In this document: positions 22,940 to 25,242 of the stretch, piece after piece | Numbering within the stretch: position 1 is the first letter of the stretch | How the letters are laid out: every line of letters begins with the position of its first letter | IMG/VR virus record: IMGVR_UViG_3300022561_001209 | Direction: 5' to 3' (one strand) | DNA: 25,242 nt | DNA from: a virus | Lineage: Duplodnaviria; Heunggongvirae; Uroviricota; Caudoviricetes | Notes under the pieces: model-generated | What the model saw: only the letters and a program-made list of their open reading frames with translations | Databases searched by the model: none | What the model was told of the DNA's origin: nothing | Program-made: the position numbers and the translations under genes

Positions 22940-23332
22940 TTATAACACCCAAGTATTGTAATCAAATTCAGTGAATATTGTACATTCATGAAATAAGTTA
23001 TTTATTAGCCTATATTCATAATCTGTTAACTTCAATCTATTTTTAAACTTATGTAATATACTGTTACATATTGACTCTTCTTGTTCATGGTCTTTTAAAT
23101 CTCCACCATTTAACCACCCGTCATGTAAACAAAACTCTGCCAAATCTCCCCAGTTTATTCTACTTATTTCTTCCATTATTTCTTCTAATGTCCCACCACG
23201 TTCACGTACATTATAATCTACGTAGCATATATTTCCATTGTCGAATGTCAATTCAAATTTGTAAAATTCTATCTTTAATTCTTCTTTAGCACTGTAAATA
23301 CGTGATGCTTCTTCTATATTTATAATCTTCAT
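22940..23332 (-). CDS. hypothetical protein, 130 aa
   Basis: CGGAGG RBS. Confidence 0.8.
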   Translation of the reverse strand: MKIINIEEASRIYSAKEELKIEFYKFELTFDNGNICYVDYNVRERGGTLEEIMEEISRINWGDLAEFCLHDGWLNGGDLKDHEQEESICNSILHKFKNRLKLTDYEYRLINNLFHECTIFTEFDYNTWVL

Positions 23333-23349
23333 TATGCTGCCTCCGTAAA

Positions 23350-23640
23350 TTATCTATTTCTGTTTAAATAATCTTCTTTAGACTGATATTCATGTTTATC
23401 ACAATGAATTCTTTCTTCCCATGTTTGTTCACACACAGGACAATAAATTTTATCATATGTCCTTCCCTCATAGCTGTCGTGTTCTTGGTCATACCAGTAA
23501 GCATCTTCATGCCTACACTCATTTTGAAATTTGTCTCTAAGCTTCAATATCTGGTTTTCTATTTCATTGTATTTATCAAAAGCCTCTTTGTACTGCTTTT
23601 TTTCTTCCTTCAGTTCGTCTATTTTCTCTTTATAATCCAT
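23350..23640 (-). CDS. coiled-coil + CxH...CxxC hypothetical protein, 96 aa
   Basis: ECRHE...YCPVCEQ; GGAGG RBS. Confidence 0.8.
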   Translation of the reverse strand: MDYKEKIDELKEEKKQYKEAFDKYNEIENQILKLRDKFQNECRHEDAYWYDQEHDSYEGRTYDKIYCPVCEQTWEERIHCDKHEYQSKEDYLNRNR

Positions 23641-23662
23641 CTTTCCTCCGTAAATTAATATT

Positions 23663-24118
23663 TTATTTTCTATCTCTTACTTCGTCATCTACTATATCTA
23701 TCCCTTGCTCTACTAATGCGTCTTTAGCACATTCTATTAATAAGTACATCTTATGATTTTCTATGACTATGCCTTGTCCCATGTCTAAACAGAAATCTTT
23801 ATGAGGATTATTCATTAAATCATCTGAAACTCTATCAATAAAGTGATTATCAAAATAATATGACCAAAATCCACCAAAGTCTAATTTCAAATGTTTAGAC
23901 ACTACTATTTTTCTTTCTTCATTCTCAAACTCAACGTACACATCTCTAAGTACCTTAGGATATAAAGTTTCTTCTGAACCGTTTCCTTTTTCAATCACTA
24001 TTTCTGTTTCATAAAATATGTTTTCATCCTTTAGTTTATTATATTCTTCACTAAAATGTCTTTGCTCTGGTGTCATAGTTGCTGTTTTTTCTTCTAGTTT
24101 CTTTTTGAAGTCTATCAT
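23663..24118 (-). CDS. hypothetical protein, 151 aa
   Basis: AGGGGG RBS. Confidence 0.8.
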   Translation of the reverse strand: MIDFKKKLEEKTATMTPEQRHFSEEYNKLKDENIFYETEIVIEKGNGSEETLYPKVLRDVYVEFENEERKIVVSKHLKLDFGGFWSYYFDNHFIDRVSDDLMNNPHKDFCLDMGQGIVIENHKMYLLIECAKDALVEQGIDIVDDEVRDRK

Positions 24119-24176
24119 AACTTCCCCCTGTTATTTTACTGTTTTTCTATCTAACCATTTATCAATAGTGTATCTA

Positions 24177-24869
24177 TTATTTTATTTTTATATATTGTTT
24201 ATAACTTGGATAATATGTTTTTGCACCTGTTTGTTTAGCTACATATTCATTTAATAATACTTGTAGTTCATCTATATCACATTGGTCATATGCATCTTCA
24301 TGTAAATCCTCACAAGCGTTTTCTAGTATGTTGTCTGCATTGAGTGATAAACTCTGTTCCACTGTAACCCACAATCTTTCAGGCATCTCATCTTCTTCAT
24401 CATGGTCACATTCCCAATCCTCAAGAAAATCTTCTACTGATGCATAATATTCCTCTGTTTCTTCACAATATAGCATGTTTGTTACGTCTTCTTCTTTAAC
24501 TTCCTCTGCCTTACTCAAGACTTCGTTCCACTTTTCAAGTCTTATTGCTTCTTGTTCTCGTAAATATCCTTCACAATCACACTTGTCTATGTATCCCTTT
24601 TTAATTGGTTTACCACAGTATTCACATAACTTCTGAACTCCGTTAAAACAGTTAGGACAGAAATTTAAACTTTCATGATGATATGGAAATCTCTCTTTCT
24701 TTGCTCTTTCACTTGTATCTCCATGTAAACCGAACTCATTCTTTACTATTTTTACGCCTAACCCCTTACATGTCGGACAAACTCTCTCATTATCCTGTAA
24801 GTCTTTCACTAGTACTTCAGGTAGTATTTCATTTATCACTTTTTTTAAATCTATAAACTCTTGTTTCAT
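24177..24869 (-). CDS. Cys-rich (DnaJ-type CxxCxGxG-like) Zn-binding hypothetical protein, 230 aa
   Basis: CPTCKGLG, FCPNCFNG, LCEYCG, CDC; AGGGAG RBS. Confidence 0.8.
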   Translation of the reverse strand: MKQEFIDLKKVINEILPEVLVKDLQDNERVCPTCKGLGVKIVKNEFGLHGDTSERAKKERFPYHHESLNFCPNCFNGVQKLCEYCGKPIKKGYIDKCDCEGYLREQEAIRLEKWNEVLSKAEEVKEEDVTNMLYCEETEEYYASVEDFLEDWECDHDEEDEMPERLWVTVEQSLSLNADNILENACEDLHEDAYDQCDIDELQVLLNEYVAKQTGAKTYYPSYKQYIKIK

Positions 24870-24870
24870 C

Positions 24871-25242
24871 TTATTTGTTCTCCCTTAGTTTTTGATTATG
24901 TGATGCTATTAACATTTGTAATATCTTATTATAATCATTAAATCCATAAAGTCCACATGAGAAAAAGTCATGTATTTCTATTATGACTGTCCCTAATTCT
25001 TTGCTTACTCCTACATCTAATGTGTATGCATCTAAACCTTTGTATTTCTCTATTATTGTTTCTACATAATTTAAATTAGGTGCTGAACCTAATGAATTTA
25101 TATAGTTATGTACCCCTAGTAATTTACCTTTTAAAACGAAACATCTCCATTCAGAATCTAAATCTTCCAGTACTTCTGAGAATAAGTAGTTTCCTTCTTT
25201 TAATTTCGTTTTATCATCTATTATATCTGTAAACTTCTTTAT
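24871..25242 (-). CDS. C-terminal part of an ATP-grasp protein (R2K / DUF4343-like), 5' end outside the window
   Basis: manual translation: ...LFSEVLEDLDSEWRCFVLKGKLLG...AYTLDVGVSKELGTVIIEIHDFFSCGLYGF...RENK*. Confidence 0.75.
   Translation of the reverse strand: MKKFTDIIDDKTKLKEGNYLFSEVLEDLDSEWRCFVLKGKLLGVHNYINSLGSAPNLNYVETIIEKYKGLDAYTLDVGVSKELGTVIIEIHDFFSCGLYGFNDYNKILQMLIASHNQKLRENK

Overview
Very AT-rich, densely packed DNA in which every credible gene lies on the minus strand. Strong GGAGG/GGGG-type ribosome-binding sites and six perfect TTGACA-N17-TATAAT promoters divide it into short operons. It reads as the accessory (non-structural) region of a large phage, or phage-like element, of a Bacillota host, probably clostridial; this is inferred, since no capsid, terminase, integrase or replication gene is in view. 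Recognisable products: a lytic transglycosylase, an HD-containing CCA-adding enzyme next to a peptidase-U32-like Fe-S protein, a stand-alone GHKL ATPase, a GNAT, two tandem-HTH repeat proteins, an ADP-ribosyltransferase-like protein, a miniature Tex fragment, a ComFB-family protein, a HAD (SAK-type) phosphatase and a partial R2K-type ATP-grasp protein. The most striking element is a self-contained unit at about 2200-3409: promoter, a 212-aa helical protein, then a ~350-nt structured non-coding RNA, then a terminator. The RNA is closed by a long-range helix whose G-U pairs work only on the transcribed strand, and it carries a tract of 12 near-periodic 7-nt A-rich units. Many small genes are broken by in-frame stops or single-base frameshifts while the enzyme genes appear intact. 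All family assignments come from motif recognition by eye, not database searches.
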